Below, piece after piece: positions 1 to 14,300 of a DNA stretch of 64,000 nt. Made by a program: the position numbers and the translations under genes. Every line of letters begins with the position of its first letter. Positions within the stretch are counted from its first letter, which is position 1. This DNA comes from Phoronis australis (lineage: Eukaryota; Animalia; Phoronida): contig NMRA01000054.1 of assembly GCA_002633005.1 (NCBI GenBank), positions 879,038-943,037 on the forward strand. Direction: 5' to 3'. The notes under the pieces were generated by a model. The model was not told where the DNA came from, did not search any database, and was given only the letters and a program-made list of their open reading frames with translations.

Positions 1-2980
1 TAAATATCCACTTTTGCGGTAGATTTGCTGGACGCATTCTCTAATGGTCAGTGAATGATTCCGTCTGAAATGAACAGCGCAACGTTAATACAATTGCCGC
101 AACATGGAGTTGTGCAGTTAAGAGGACTTGAACAGCTCAGGAACATACACAGTACAAGCCATAAATATTCAGAAACGATGACCCGGAATTCCCTATCACG
201 ACAACACGGCTGAGCAATCTTCTCTCGTGACCGAGAATAAAGGGGAAATAACAGGAAAGTAAATAAGGTGGCTAAGCCATTCTGTAATTAAGAATTTTGT
301 TGGTAGTTATTGTATACTTGTCTTGGACTGCATCTATGAATTCTTGAAATTAAGTCTGAATGCCAAGGATCTCACAAAAGTATCACACATTACCTAAAGA
401 ATCTTTAGTAATCAATGTGAATACCACGAAGAGTCTTACAAGGAAGTGATGGTGAAGTGTTTTGATTCCTCAAGTTTTCCACAGAGAGAGAAAAAGCGCA
501 CTACTTTGTTGTCAAAAGACAAGATATAGTTTGTTCACTTGTTTCCTTGGCAAAGTGCTCTACTGTCAACAAAGCTTCAAAGTCTTAACAGTGTGTTGTT
601 TACAATGCTGCTGCACCACATAAATTTTTATGCCCTTCAGTATGTGGACCAAAGTGATCGCAGCCAGCACAGTCACATGATATCAATAACAAACATCAAT
701 CATTTTGTTCTAGACTGATACTTGTGCAGCCTACAAACACGTGAATATCACGAAGACTGTACTATTGTTGTTCAATAATTAACCACAGACACACCACACA
801 GAATACAAAATCAAGCCATGAGGTCAGAAACACTGACCATGCAGTACTAGTGACTCTTGCCTGCCATCTGACAGTTGAGTGACATTGGAGGTCAGTTTAG
901 ACAAGAGGTGCAGCTGGTGGTGTAAATGAACACGTGCCTTACAAGGACTAATGTACTTTGCAATCATCAGTAAACTGCGGGTTGACTGATGTCACAAGAA
1001 AAACAGAATAAGGCCAACATAATCATTTTCAACATGATGATCACCCAGTTCATATGTACAAATAATTCATTAAAATATATTTACATAACATCAAGCAGAG
1101 TACGAGCAAAGACGAGTACAACACCCCTATCCTCACTAACATCCACTTGTCCCAGCATGGAAAGGAACACCATGGCCAAAACCACCCAAACGGTCAACAA
1201 CCAACCACAAGACCTGTATGACTGATTAGAAACCAGGTGTAACCATTGTTTATTCCTGCCTGAACCAGCTTGATCTGGTTCAACAACTGTAAATTATTAA
1301 CACTCCCTAACACTTCCCATCCTCATTACTATGTTATTGTACTTTCTCATAATAAACACTTAAATAAAACCATGTAAGGGTATGTGACACTGGTCACAAC
1401 TCTTTTCAATGGTGACAAGCCAATCCCCATTGCCTAGGGAAATTATTATGCAAGTGCAAAATTTCCACTCCATTCTATAATGACCCCAAACTGCATGAAA
1501 ACAAACAGTAAGAAATAGGTCATGAGAAGGTCAAAGGGTCAATTACTTACTTCTGATCTAATTGTAATCTTGTTTTCACAAACCAAATTGGATTTGTGAG
1601 AGTGGATGTAGCAAAACCTGTAAAAAATTGTGAAGTTACTGCACAAGTGACAAATATTAACCTGAAACAGTATAGTGCAATCAGTCGGTATAAATAAACC
1701 TATAACAGATACTCATGTATAGCGTGTTATGTGTTGCAAAATTCAATGTTATCAACATTTATGTTTCATGAGATTATATGTATTCAATGTTCATTACTAT
1801 TGTATTCAATGTTTTGAAAATTTCTGTTCGATGTTAATATATGTATTCAATCTGCTTCATATTTGTGTTCGATAATGTCAAGTTTTCGTTCGATGTTTTC
1901 CGGTTATATTCGATAATGGAACTCTGGGTAAAAGTTGAAACGACGGCTGTGATTCGTCAGCTCTTTTTCACGCTAAGGGGGGGGCCTGGGCTCCCCCCAA
2001 ATCCGCCTATGAGATGCAAGGCCTCAACCGTAGCGGACCTTGTTGACTTTGCTGGTGGTTTGTTGGCTGGTCAGGGCCAGAACCGAGTTCCTCACGAAAT
2101 CGCGCATCAACAGACGGGCGTATAAATAGGCACCTATCTGTTGCGTCGTTTCATAATACCCATAATTCCGTTATTGAACATATGAAACGAAAACAACTCG
2201 ATTTCCATCCCACGGCTAGGTGTTACGGGAATCTTTATTTACGTTTACATTACTCAAATAATGATTGTCAATGTACAACTTCTGCCCTGACGGTGCTGTG
2301 GCCAAAGCGGAACCCGCGGAATTCGCGGCCCCGACGAGTAAGTAGATTTGCAGTTTCGTGGCTAATTCACCAACATTATCACGTGCACATTACTTTGGCT
2401 CACTAGTATAGTATTTTCTTGACTCGAAGTTTAGTTTCCACTAAAGTTTGGCTGGTTTATGTTCGTAATGTCTGATCAGTTTCCGAGCCACTGGTCGGGA
2501 TAACTCAAGTCAATCCGGTCGGCCGCGATGGGCCTGATCGGTCTCCAAGCCACTGGCCAGGATAACGAGCGTTTTGTGTTTAGAACTCAAAAAATCACAA
2601 GTCCAAACAACACAGATCTAGGTTCTCCTGTATGTATCTCACGGAAAATACTTCGAAATTATCTCCGAACAGACCCCAAACTCCTGCTGCGTACCTTATT
2701 AGCCTGCCGAACTTTGTAGGCTACGGTGTGTCCAAATACCAATAAATTCGTAAAAGCGAAATAAAACAACACGTTTTTATAAGAACTCGGTGTATTTTTA
2801 AGGGTTTTACATCGAAGTTTGATGATTTCTTGGTGTTAAACGATGACTTCAAGCGATAAGCTGACACCAGTAACCCGTGTTGTGAACTGCTGAAGAGACT
2901 GCATGTGAAACCGATGACGTCATTGGATAATTTCAACACCTCCTTCTGCCGTCAGGTGCCAGGTATCGCAACCCTACGTG

Positions 2981-3077
2981 TAAACTATATTCGGAAAGTT
3001 TGATGATCGAACCGGCTACTTAACGACGTCGAGTCGACACTGACTTACCTTTTGAACTTTCCATGTTAGAGGTCACT
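2981..3077 (+). repeat. ~95-bp dispersed repeat, copy 1 (inverted copy at 9995-10087)
   Basis: taaactat..gaaagtttgatgatcga..acgacgtcgagtcgaca.tgac.taccttttgaa..ttcca.gt.agagg.cact matches the reverse complement of 9995-10087. Confidence 0.8.
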
Positions 3078-5301
3078 GTTGAAGGAGTGTGGGAGGTGAA
3101 TACGGAAAACAATATCACATGGCCGTATTGCACTCTACTGATTCAATGCGTATTGGATGAAGAATCTTGCGAATTAGTCTCGCTAATACTCTTAAACAAG
3201 TGCATGTACATGTATTTAGTTTGCAACTTAATTTTAAACACTTAGTTAACTTTGTGTCACTGTTGCAAATTGTTGACATTTCCACTGGTTTTAGAGGAAA
3301 GGTTAATGCATGGTTTAAGACAATCAAAACAGTATATATCATTCAGGTAAGGTTTAATTATTAAAATTGTACATATTCTGTCTGTCCTTTACGAATATGA
3401 AAACATTAAAAGCAGTTTTTGATCAGTTAGTCGTTGAACTGGACTTTTTCTTGGTATTCCTCCTAGTTAGTGAACCTAACAGAGGGTTATCTGAGTTATA
3501 ATCTGAAAATGCACTGTCGAAGTCACTATAAAATGTTTTACATCGCCAAGATTATGTGCCTTTTATTGAGAACAATGCGGGTGCCTTGAGGCATGCGTCT
3601 GTATAAAGGACACCCGCCTATAAGCCAAACTTAGGAGCATGCGTTTATATGCAAAACAATTGAACAAATGTTTTTTGAAAATACGTATTATTTTGGTTGC
3701 AGGCTCATGGGCTTAAATAAACTTATTTAACAAGTTAGTGTTACGATTAAATGCATTTTTATTTAAATTCTGTTTGTCGTTAGTCAAGTAATAAGATAAA
3801 CAGTAATTATAAGCAGAATATTTCAAATGTTCAGTACCTCTTCAAAGTCTAAACTACATTTAACGTGACACGCAATATATCAAAGTTGACACCGTTTCTG
3901 TTCCGTGTCGTATGATGTCGCCACTGAGCAATCTCGTACAAAATTTACAAAATGGACGGAGTAGCTAGACTTTATTTCCGGTACTGCTAATACAGTACTA
4001 CGGCTGCACATAAAGAGCCGGTACACAGATAGAAGTTTATTGAAGACGTTGGCATAGCATTATACGTGAAATGTGTTCCTGTCGACAATTACGTTTGTTA
4101 CTGCGAAAATCCATTGAAACGGAACTAAAATATAGCGGAACTTTATCTGTACAATTGCTCAAGTACCCCCTGAGGAATGCCCCTTAATAGGGACGGAAAG
4201 TGATTAAGTCGCCCTCCAAGCAACTATTCCAAATAAGAGACAAGCAATATGGCGCTGCATGTTCCCTTGCACCATTCAACATATTTGTTCCAAACAGTAA
4301 CAGTCAACAAAACAAAGTTTTTGAAAACTGAAGCTCGAGCCACAGCATCTGTTTACTTTGACATTAGCATATTGGTCACGTGTTTTCTAAAACAGGTTTT
4401 AATTGGTCATTTTCTAGTTACAGCTTTTTATCTCAATCAATTTCCAATAGAGAAGTGGTTGGGGTTACAATCAAGATGACGAAATCTATAGACTGCACCA
4501 GGTGACATCAAACTTTCCGTCCTCACTGTACTATAGTGATTAACAATAGTACCCTATGCCTACAAAGTCTTCGTTGAAGCTAATATCGCAACCACGCCAA
4601 CGAAGTCATTTCTGGTGGATAAATGTACTGTCGCGTTGATAGAAAACGGCTAAAACTGTGGATTATTAATAACTTCAAGAGCAGCCAGAAGTGACACGTT
4701 AGCATCTACCCGAAAAAAGTGGTGTAAAACAGTTTCAATATCTTCTTGTGCCTCCTATTCATACTGTTTTTGTAGCTCAGTTTCGTAGCATCTGAAGCGT
4801 GTGAGTTTCGTTGACTTTCGACGGATGTTTGACATATTAATTTCCTTGACTTCGTTCCTCCGTCGCTCAAGCACAAGTTTCTTTTCTCCTGTGTTCGCAT
4901 TGTTTCCGTTGCTCCACCGTTAACACTGGAACTCTGTAATGCGAGATCGTGTTTAGCACCCTCATTGTCCTGTGGACCAGAGTCAGATCTATCTATACGA
5001 GGGTACTCATATTCACAGAGGAGCAAAACACTCTCAGCCAGATTTACATCCGACGTTGTTTTGTTTTTCTATCACCAAGATCAATCAAGCGCAGAGAAAG
5101 AGTTTGGCTTTAGTGGACAAAGGTTTTTCAATCTCAAAACTGTTAATGTAACTAAGTGAGCAGAAGACCACTCGTACCCATGTGAAATATGAACAACTGC
5201 TTCTGGAGAGCGAACAAAAATCTGCATCCACAGTTCTTGCAGTATCGACTGTTTTGCTGTGCGTTTTAAGTGCTTGAAACGTCACAAACTTCACGAGTCT
5301 C

Positions 5302-8300
5302 TCAAACTCCAGTCAACACGCCTGTGAAAGACGATCCCGTCTTAACGATAACTGATGACTTGGATGAATTATGTACGAATACTGACGTAAACTGCATTGC
5401 CTGTAAAATAGCAAATAGACAGTGCTTTATGAAATCAGGGTTCGTCAACGCAAACTTTGAGAATTCTCTCCGTCACAAAAATGGTTTCGATTTAGACTTA
5501 TTAGCTTTCAAGCATAATTTCTATCACAGTGCTCGTTAAGGTTATCCCTCCATGAGAACGGTTAAATTCAAACCCTGGACAAAATGTTGCCCTCGGATTT
5601 TCGTTTACGATTGGCGTATACGACTAACTGAAGTGAGTGGACAATTTTACTAGTTAAATATCGTACACGATTTGTTGTTTTAGTTGCATGTCACCCTGTC
5701 TAGTTGGCTAAAATAACGAAACACGAACAAGTCTTTCTATTCTTATAAAATAGGTAAAACTGGTCTTACCCGATAGGATTTTTTTTGTTGCCGAAAACGT
5801 ACAAAACTTCAACAGGAAAATCGTCGATTTTAAATGGGGTTGGCGTACCTTGGTGTTCGCAGCGCAAGGACTTCCATTCGAAAATAGGCCAGTCGCGTTA
5901 CACAACAATGACAGTTTCCCGCGAGCACATCGCAGATCAGCTATTGGTTTCATTGGTTCATCATTTAAGAATTCGAAATATGTTTAAAGGGACAGTTAAA
6001 CAAGTGAAATGTACACTCAGGGCATTGTAGGCCAATCACTGCGTGTTACTTTACTATACGAGACCTCAGAAATAGTACGCAAAGATCACTTGACCTAGCA
6101 GCTTCACAATCTCGTCTACGTCACATTTAGCACATGAGACGACGTACCTTTAATTCTAGGATGCCATTTACGTGAATTGTAAATATTTTGCTATTTGACT
6201 CCAATCCTGAGATAAACATGAGCGACCTGAAAAGACATAGGGTATATCATGTGTCCTCACTGTGACATTGGGTGAAATGGTATAGGGTATATCAAGGTAT
6301 CCTTAATGTGGCAATGAGTAAAAAGACATCTAAGCTATATCATAGTGTCAGGCTAGTAAGAAAGACAAAGGGTAGTGGCAGGTGAATAAAAAGACACAGA
6401 GTATATAAGGAGCCCTCATAACTTATTATTTTTATCTGGAGATTTCAATAAAAGTGTATTTTCCAAAATGCGTTCTGTATTAACCAAAACAAGCCACGTA
6501 ATGTTATAAAATAATGATCGTAAGAATTTTGCGGTTTAGGGCCTTGAATGTAGAAATAATATCGGAATATCCAAAATGTTATCTTTGCAACCACCTTTAA
6601 TTCATTAAAGAACATTTTTGAGGATTAATCATTTCTTTGATGAGTTGAAAGCGGACATTTTTGGATCTCTATGTAGATGTAGATAAAAAGTCAAAGAATG
6701 TGAAAGATATTTAACTGACTGACTATACGTAGTAACGATGTTTAACCTTTTTCAGACCAACTCTATAGTAGACTACGTTTTGGTCATAACTACTCACGGC
6801 TTGTATCAATCTCGCGTCAGCGCCGCCAGTGCATATCGTTGTGATGGGCTTGTATCTTCGTTGAATATAATAGACAGGGCGTTATGCATGACGTGTTTCG
6901 ACCATGCTCATTCGATTTCCGTAATAGTGTACATGTATGTTGCAACAAACAAGATAACGACACACGGTAAGGGAGAACTTCGAATCGAATGAGTATGGTT
7001 TCGACAATAAGCTGTTTTGTTAGTTCATACTAAAAAAAAACTTACGTGTTAGTGTCGCATTTTGTGTTGATGCATATAAGAACTCGTATGTATTCTCTTC
7101 TGCTGATTCGTCTCTTCCCTTTACTTCTTGGAATCCCAATATGCAGCGACGTGGTTAACTGATAAATACCATCCACGGGAGCAGTGAAACGGCCTACGTC
7201 AGCATTGAAAGCCTTGCCTCTATCAAATGATCCATCGCCAAACGGCTGTAACAGAATTCTATTAAAATTATAACAGCTTGAACCCGTGCCACTTAACGTT
7301 CGGTATTAGTATCTATGCTAAACTTAATAACACAGAGTCATCTAGATGAGTGGCATGCTCGCACCCAGGTGGGCTCGGGGGACTCGGCGAACGAACCCCC
7401 CCCCCCTTTGATGAAGTGGGCAAAAAGGTACGCCTTAGAGAAACAAAAACTCCGAAAAAGTAGAAAACGAGACAAAAATCCCCTAAAAAGGCGGAACAAC
7501 AAAAATTGGCCACATGCACAATTCATAGCTTTGATTGTACCCCGTAAATCTTAGTAAAAGGTCCACATTCTCAAAAATTCGAGCTCCCCTCCCCCCATTT
7601 TTAAGCTGGGTGAGCGCATGAGTGGAAGTGTGCAATGTTAATAACCCTGTAACATTCAGTCCCATCCCATTGGTTGGAAGATGGGAAATTCTCACAGCGT
7701 AACCATTTTTGACACCAGGATTTCTGCTTTGTCACCACAGCCATGCAAAATTCTTTCCAATGGAGTTGTTGACCCACAAAATATAGGTAATTAAACCTTT
7801 TTGAATTTTCACTCTATCACATTCCACTCTCCAGTTATAATAGTCATCTGCAAATTTGACGGCCATTTTGTCCATACACCGCTTTTGTGCTTTAAATTCG
7901 AACTTGTAGGCATATTTAAAAATGCAAATGCGGCTCTCTTCATAATAAGAATTTCCAGTCCGAAAGGGCGATTCTGGCACGTCTTACCACCCAGTAGGCC
8001 TGTAGTCGAGACCAAAGTACTGGATATTTCAATTCATTTTAAATCAAAAATTATTAGTCCGAGCTATCTGAGAATTTTCGCACGTACGAAGTTACATAAA
8101 AGAAACTTGGGCAAGCCCATAATTTAGAGTTATGCGATTCTTGCTGCTTAAAGGAGAATCCATCAGCAATTTAGCACCTTTAGGCTGTGAGCTGTTGCTT
8201 GCTCTCTGTTGCAGCGTGGTCGATAATTCATATTTTTGTTAAATTAAAAACTTCTTTGTCTTAGAATGACCTCTGTGTCCTCCAGCGCCCGCCAGCATTC

Positions 8301-11300
8301 CTGAATCCGTAGACTTTTATGACTTACTGATGTTATGGTTGTTTACAACAGAGATCCAAACCAATACTATGAGTATGTGCATCGATCGTACGGAATTCCG
8401 TGGGTATCATGAAGTTAAAATCGAACCGGACGTGTTTTTCGTAGACGGACGCGAGAATTTCGCGAAAACTTGAGATTACGCAAGACTTTCCGAGATATCG
8501 CTACAAGCGAAGCAACCGACCACACTAGCGTCATTCACTAGATTCTTGCGTTTACGAACTCAGCCCCGAGCTGATGACCAGCTAAGAAATGTCGACAAGT
8601 CAGTGAAACTCGGCTACCCCATACTGCCTTCCTTCAAATGCACACAAGGTTTTCATTCAAGCACCGTTCACATTGTCATCAAGAACCAAAAATACCAGCA
8701 CACGGCAAGTTAAATGTAAAAGTCCAAGAAAACGAGGTTACCATGTTTAATCTATTTCTGACGATTAAGTTAAGATAACAATATCCTTGTGACAATTTGG
8801 TAAACACAATTGGCCATTTGCTTGGCACGTCGATACTGAAGCGCCACATTACAGAGCGCTGTTTGTCTTCAAGACACAAATACATCCTTACCCTCAAATA
8901 ATTCCCTAGCTCCTTGAAGTCCCGTTTCAATACGAGTACATCTTCTTTAATCTGAGAATGAAAGCCTGCTTTTACTACAGGAATCACCGTGAGCTCGTCG
9001 TTCCAAGGGTAGGTGGCGAATAATGTCGATTGGTTGAGATGCTTCACACGACATCCGGGACACTGGAACCATGTACAAGAACATTGCAGCAGTTTCACAT
9101 GGAATCATTGCGAGTTTTAGCGGAATTCCATTTGCAACGAAACAAACACCAAATTAGTAGACGCTTTATCCAAAAAAAATTCAAAAGAAGGTCGTAGGCG
9201 AGCATGGTTGTTAACCCGAATGTTTACGGTACTTACTCTCGCAGCCAATAGCTGTTGCGCGCGCACCTCAGCAGCATCGCGCACCATCTCCCGGAACTCG
9301 TCCAATAAGACGTCTTTCGTTACAACTGCCCCTGGAGGCCCCGGTGGCCCAGCAGGTCCTGGGAGACCACGGGGGCCACGCAGACCTGGCTGAAAGTGTA
9401 AAAACATAAACAGTGTTTTGTTCTGTTTTGTGTTTACATGTACGTGCCTCAGCGAAATACACCAGAGATGAACGTACACAGACCATTGATGTAGAAAGAT
9501 TTAAAATACTTCTTTAAATTGTAATAAAATTGTATTTAAATCAATGATTGTGGGCATAGCCTTACCAGCTGGTTTTTGTGTCGTTTGCTTTTCTTCTGTT
9601 TCTTTAACTGCCGCTGTTTGTCCGAGCGTTTGACGAAACGTAGCCATGACCGTGCCGGGTTGTGTTCTCCGGTTTCTTCCTGTGAAAGGAGACATGGATT
9701 AAACTAGATCATATCAATACGGTACGAACTCTGGTCTTAAAAAATGAAATCTCAGACAGGGTGCAGATGAAAGTGCTATCGTCGGCCAATATTCGGTATG
9801 TCACAGGAGTGGTCATGACTTTTGACGTTGCAAAATTGTCTAGGAGCGGGTTTTAGGCACAGAAGAGGAACTCTCCGATCCTTCAGAAACGCTTTTTATC
9901 ATTTTGTGTTTTATTCCATACACGTTGAATAAGTTGAGTGCAATACTGCCACGTGGTACTGTTTTCGGTATTGCACTCTCGGGACTACTTTAGTAGTGCC
10001 CTCTGACGTGGAAATTTCAAAAGGTAGGTCAATGTCGACTCGACGTCGTTATCCGGCTCGATCATCAAACTTTCCCAAAATAGTTTAAAGTGATAAAGTT
10101 ACATCAGTATAAATAACACATGCAACCAGGTCCCATACAAAATTGATATTACATAACACTTGTCGCACTTTTATTTACTAAATATTGTATCGTCTGCAAC
10201 TCAGGCACGATTCCTCGCTAACTACAATGTTAAATATTCTTGTTATTTAATTATTTTCAGAAAATTTTACAACTTCAATATACAATTACCGTTGTTTCCA
10301 TCTTTGTTATCTTGTCTCAAGCAATAAATCGTTATATTCAATATTGCTTTCTTTAATTAGAGTAAACTTGTTAACATAACGCGCAAGCACATACATATAG
10401 GTTGTGATCTGTCATGTGATATGCCGAAGAAATAACAGAAATTAAGAGTTCGAAGTGTATGGGATAAATACCACTCGACCTTATTCCGCGTATCAACCTC
10501 GACCTTCGGTCTGGGTCGATATGCGAAATAATGTCTCGTGGATTATTGTTTCATCTTCGCCACTCTCGGTACGTTTTGCGTATGTATTCCTAATGACCTT
10601 AGATAAAGACTTTTACTATTTCTGTTGTTGCTTTTGTCGCCGACGACGGCGAAACGACGACAGCAATGATGAACATGACAACAACGCTGACGAGTGGCAA
10701 ATTTAAACAATAAATAAGCAACAGCTTCGGGAACCGGGGGCAAAATTAGGCCCCGCGTAGTAGTCACAGAGAATCCATTGAAACTTGTTTCGATTGATGA
10801 GGTGAAAACTGTCACTGGCGATCGGGGGAGCTCGACAATCGTGACGACGGGGTGCGGCAACTCAGCATTGTGACGTCCGGGGCCTGTGGTCGGTTTTAGG
10901 GACTCATATAAGTTCCTCAAGTCTTTTGCGTATTTGTTTTGTTCTTTACTCACACATGTATTATTTTTCTATCATTTTATTCTTATTATGATCTCCTCTT
11001 TAACTAAATGACAGTTTATAATAATATAGCTAAAAACTGAGCCCTTCCTTAATTCAATCAAAATAATTAGGGACTTAGTACTTAAATTAGGGGCGTTACA
11101 TGGAAAAATCCCAACATATTTTCAATAATATTGAGAATTCAATGTAGAATTTACCCTCGATTTGTATCAAAAACAAAAATTGCCTCAGTACTGAGACTCA
11201 AACAGCATAAGAAAACAACCAATGTTTTCACAAGTCCACAAATACGAAGTAGATTTAGGGAACTTAGTTGAGTCCCTATTTGGGACTGTTTCATGCAACC

Positions 11301-14300
11301 GGGCACTGGAGCTCTCCGGATAACTGTGGTGATGGGGGAAGTAGATAATTACGGAGGAACCTCAAATCATTGGGAACATCAATAGCTTTTGAGTCAGCGC
11401 TTAAATATTTTATTGCCCCTTATATGGGTGACGGGTATGTGTCCGTCCCTCAAGATTTGGTGTCGAGAATTCTTTCATTTGTCCCTATCTATATACAATT
11501 ATGGGTCCTGTAGAATAAATGAAAGTATATTTTATAGAAGATATAAAAATATCACGACATTAGGAGGAGGCATTTTATTGTAACTGAAATGATTATTGAC
11601 TCAACGATCTCGCACTCTATGGAGGTACTGCAAACTTATCCCGCGGACCTCCTCTGAGAGTCGTAGATCAAAAGATCACCCATCTCCGTCAGTCCGGAGC
11701 CAAATAAGAAACCAGTGGTTGTTCATGTCAACATAAAGACCCTAAATATTTAGTTTAATCTTAACCTATTGCCATGTTAAATTTGATAACAATTTGTGTA
11801 TTACTTAAGTAAACAGATAACCTGACTTGTTCACACTGCTAGCGTGAATTAGGAACAATCTTATCTGATAAAGGATCACTAAACTACCACAAATACCGGT
11901 AACTTTTCGCACCTTAGTATTTGGTGAAACTTTTCTCGTACTCTTGATACACACTTGATTGCTGGTGCTCAAGTATCAGAGACCCAAATAAGATAATAGT
12001 AGAATGTAATACGTGTGTGTTGAACCGAATGCTACGAAAGAATTTGGTATTTGCTTTAGTAGACATCCTTTCTACACTCAGCTGCACCCATTTGACAACG
12101 TAGCTCCATTGTCTGTTAGCTTTTCTTCTAAAACACTTCATTGGGGTCAAGGAGTCTCGGCCATGTACCGTCCCTCCTAGCATAACCAGCAACATTTCAT
12201 GGCTTTCGCGAAAGTCCTTGTGGTCCCCCCCCCTTCGTGACATCCTAAATCCGCCAGTGTATCGCACTTCTTACAGGCCACTCTTGTCTCGCTGTGTTAC
12301 CTAAAAGTTCTTCTCTTATTTTTGATGTCATTTTTTAAAATTTCATCACAAGATAATGAAATTCTTGTTTTGCAGGACTCCGAGGAGAGCTATCAACTAA
12401 ATGGCCTACTTCTTGTAGCGCTTGGCAAGAATGTAATCAATAGCGAACGTCACAGGGGATGGTGACATGGGTGTTTACTCCACTGACTGAGACCACCGTG
12501 GATTCAAGCATATCAATGCGTCTTCTAAAAATAGTACCTCAACATTTGATCTTCCTATTATGATGTTATTGGCATTAGATACGTGCAACTGGTCGAGGAT
12601 GTACAGCGATTATTTTTCACCCATCACGAGATTTGAGCAGGAAGTCGTGTTGTCAGCAGCCGACAGGGGAAACATATAATTCCCGAATGATAATAACACT
12701 TCAAACAATTTATTATTATCACTATACTTTTGCATGTATGATCACGAGAAATTCAACTTCAGTTTTTCCTCAGTCGTGCTTCCTGTCATGATTGCTAAAA
12801 TCGTGCTTTCTGCGTCAAAATTACATGCGCCCATACATAAATGCGTGTATACACACATACATACAAACAAGCAGGCAGACATACAAACATACGTACAAAC
12901 ATGAACTAAATGTATATCACACCTGCTGAAAATCCCTTTGTACATTTTGTATCTACTCGGTCATTTTATAGTCATCGCTCTAGTACATGTCATCATCTTA
13001 TTTGTTTGCTTATGTAACAGTTATTTTATTTTATTATGTGACGTATTTATTTATGTAATTACACATTAATGTATGTAATTACGTATGTATCTATTTAATA
13101 TTTAATAACTTATTCCTGATTTGTTAAACGTACTACATAGGACAGATCACGATGGAAATATGTTACTCTACACATCGATTGTCATTTCTTCATTTATTTT
13201 TTTACTTTCCTCGGTCATATTTGCAGTCCTTATTTTTGTTTTACTTTTTTGTCTATTTCAATTAGTCTTTGTCCAGTTGTCCAGCGTTTTATTATTTTCG
13301 TTGCGTTGTATTGTATGTCTTTTGTTTGTGATCATTCGATGTCACAAAAATCAATAAAAAATGCAAAGATAGACACTGAACCATGAGCAAATTTTCGGCA
13401 CTCAGCATCTTTAATGGATTAACCCTTGACACTAATGACTGTTCCAAACTATACCTTGTGTCCCTCCAAATGCAGTTACACACTGAGCGTGGGATTTTGC
13501 TTTGGCTGTGGTCATTTATGTATATTCTCCTCGCGCAATGTTGATCACACTGTTTTCAATATAAGCAACCGTCTTGACTACGACGCTCAGTCTGACAACC
13601 ACCATGTAGAGACAACGATTCATTAAGACATTTTTTGAAAATCTCCCACGATGTAAAAAATATTGCTAAAAGCGAGTGTCTGGAATTCCACGTCATAAAT
13701 GTTACATGAAATGCGACTGCTATATCAAGACCATCTCTGGCACTTCGCAAAACAACACTTGGTTATTTATAGCGAGGGACTCTCTAATCATCACGTAGAG
13801 AAACCAAAGAGATCACGAATGCTAAATTAGAGTTTAGCGCGGTTTTAATTTGAATCAGGTTATGTTTAATGAAGTCGTTTATGTTTTAATGTAATACATG
13901 TGATTAATGTTTTCATTTCCATAGACGCCCGACGCGTGTAGCACTCTCAAATGTATGATTGTCGTGAAGAACCTTCACTGCGATTTATCAACCTTCTCAG
14001 ATCAACAAGGATTGGTGTGTTGTTGTGAGTCAAACAGGAGTGGATCAGATAATCAGAAACTACAAACACGGCAACAAGCAGCAGTATCAAATAAAAGTGA
14101 GAATTCCGAGCCAGGGATTACAAAGTCAGAATTAACCCAATCAGTTCAACAGAAAGTAAAAGCTAACAAACCATCCTTAATAGATGGTCTGTATCAACAA
14201 TCGCTACTTGTAGGCAAACAAGCAGGAATTGTTTGGGACAAACATTCTTTTACCTCCATGAGCCTGTATTTTAGTTGGCAGTGTAAATATTTCTTTGACT

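Noticed and set aside
1-4700. Short ORFs and scattered splice-like motifs at the window start
   Set aside because: Could not assemble a phase-consistent or recognisable coding model
4706-5294. 106-aa and 69-aa minus-strand ORFs
   Set aside because: Lie just downstream of the adipolin-like stop codon (likely 3'UTR); no recognisable motifs
5985-8160. Isolated TTAAAGG motifs (~5985, ~8148) as further Kolobok ends
   Set aside because: No matching inverted partner ends found
10543-10953. 136-aa ORF as an extra exon of the adipolin-like gene
   Set aside because: No convincing splice sites, overlaps a repeat remnant, and the flanking exons already join in phase
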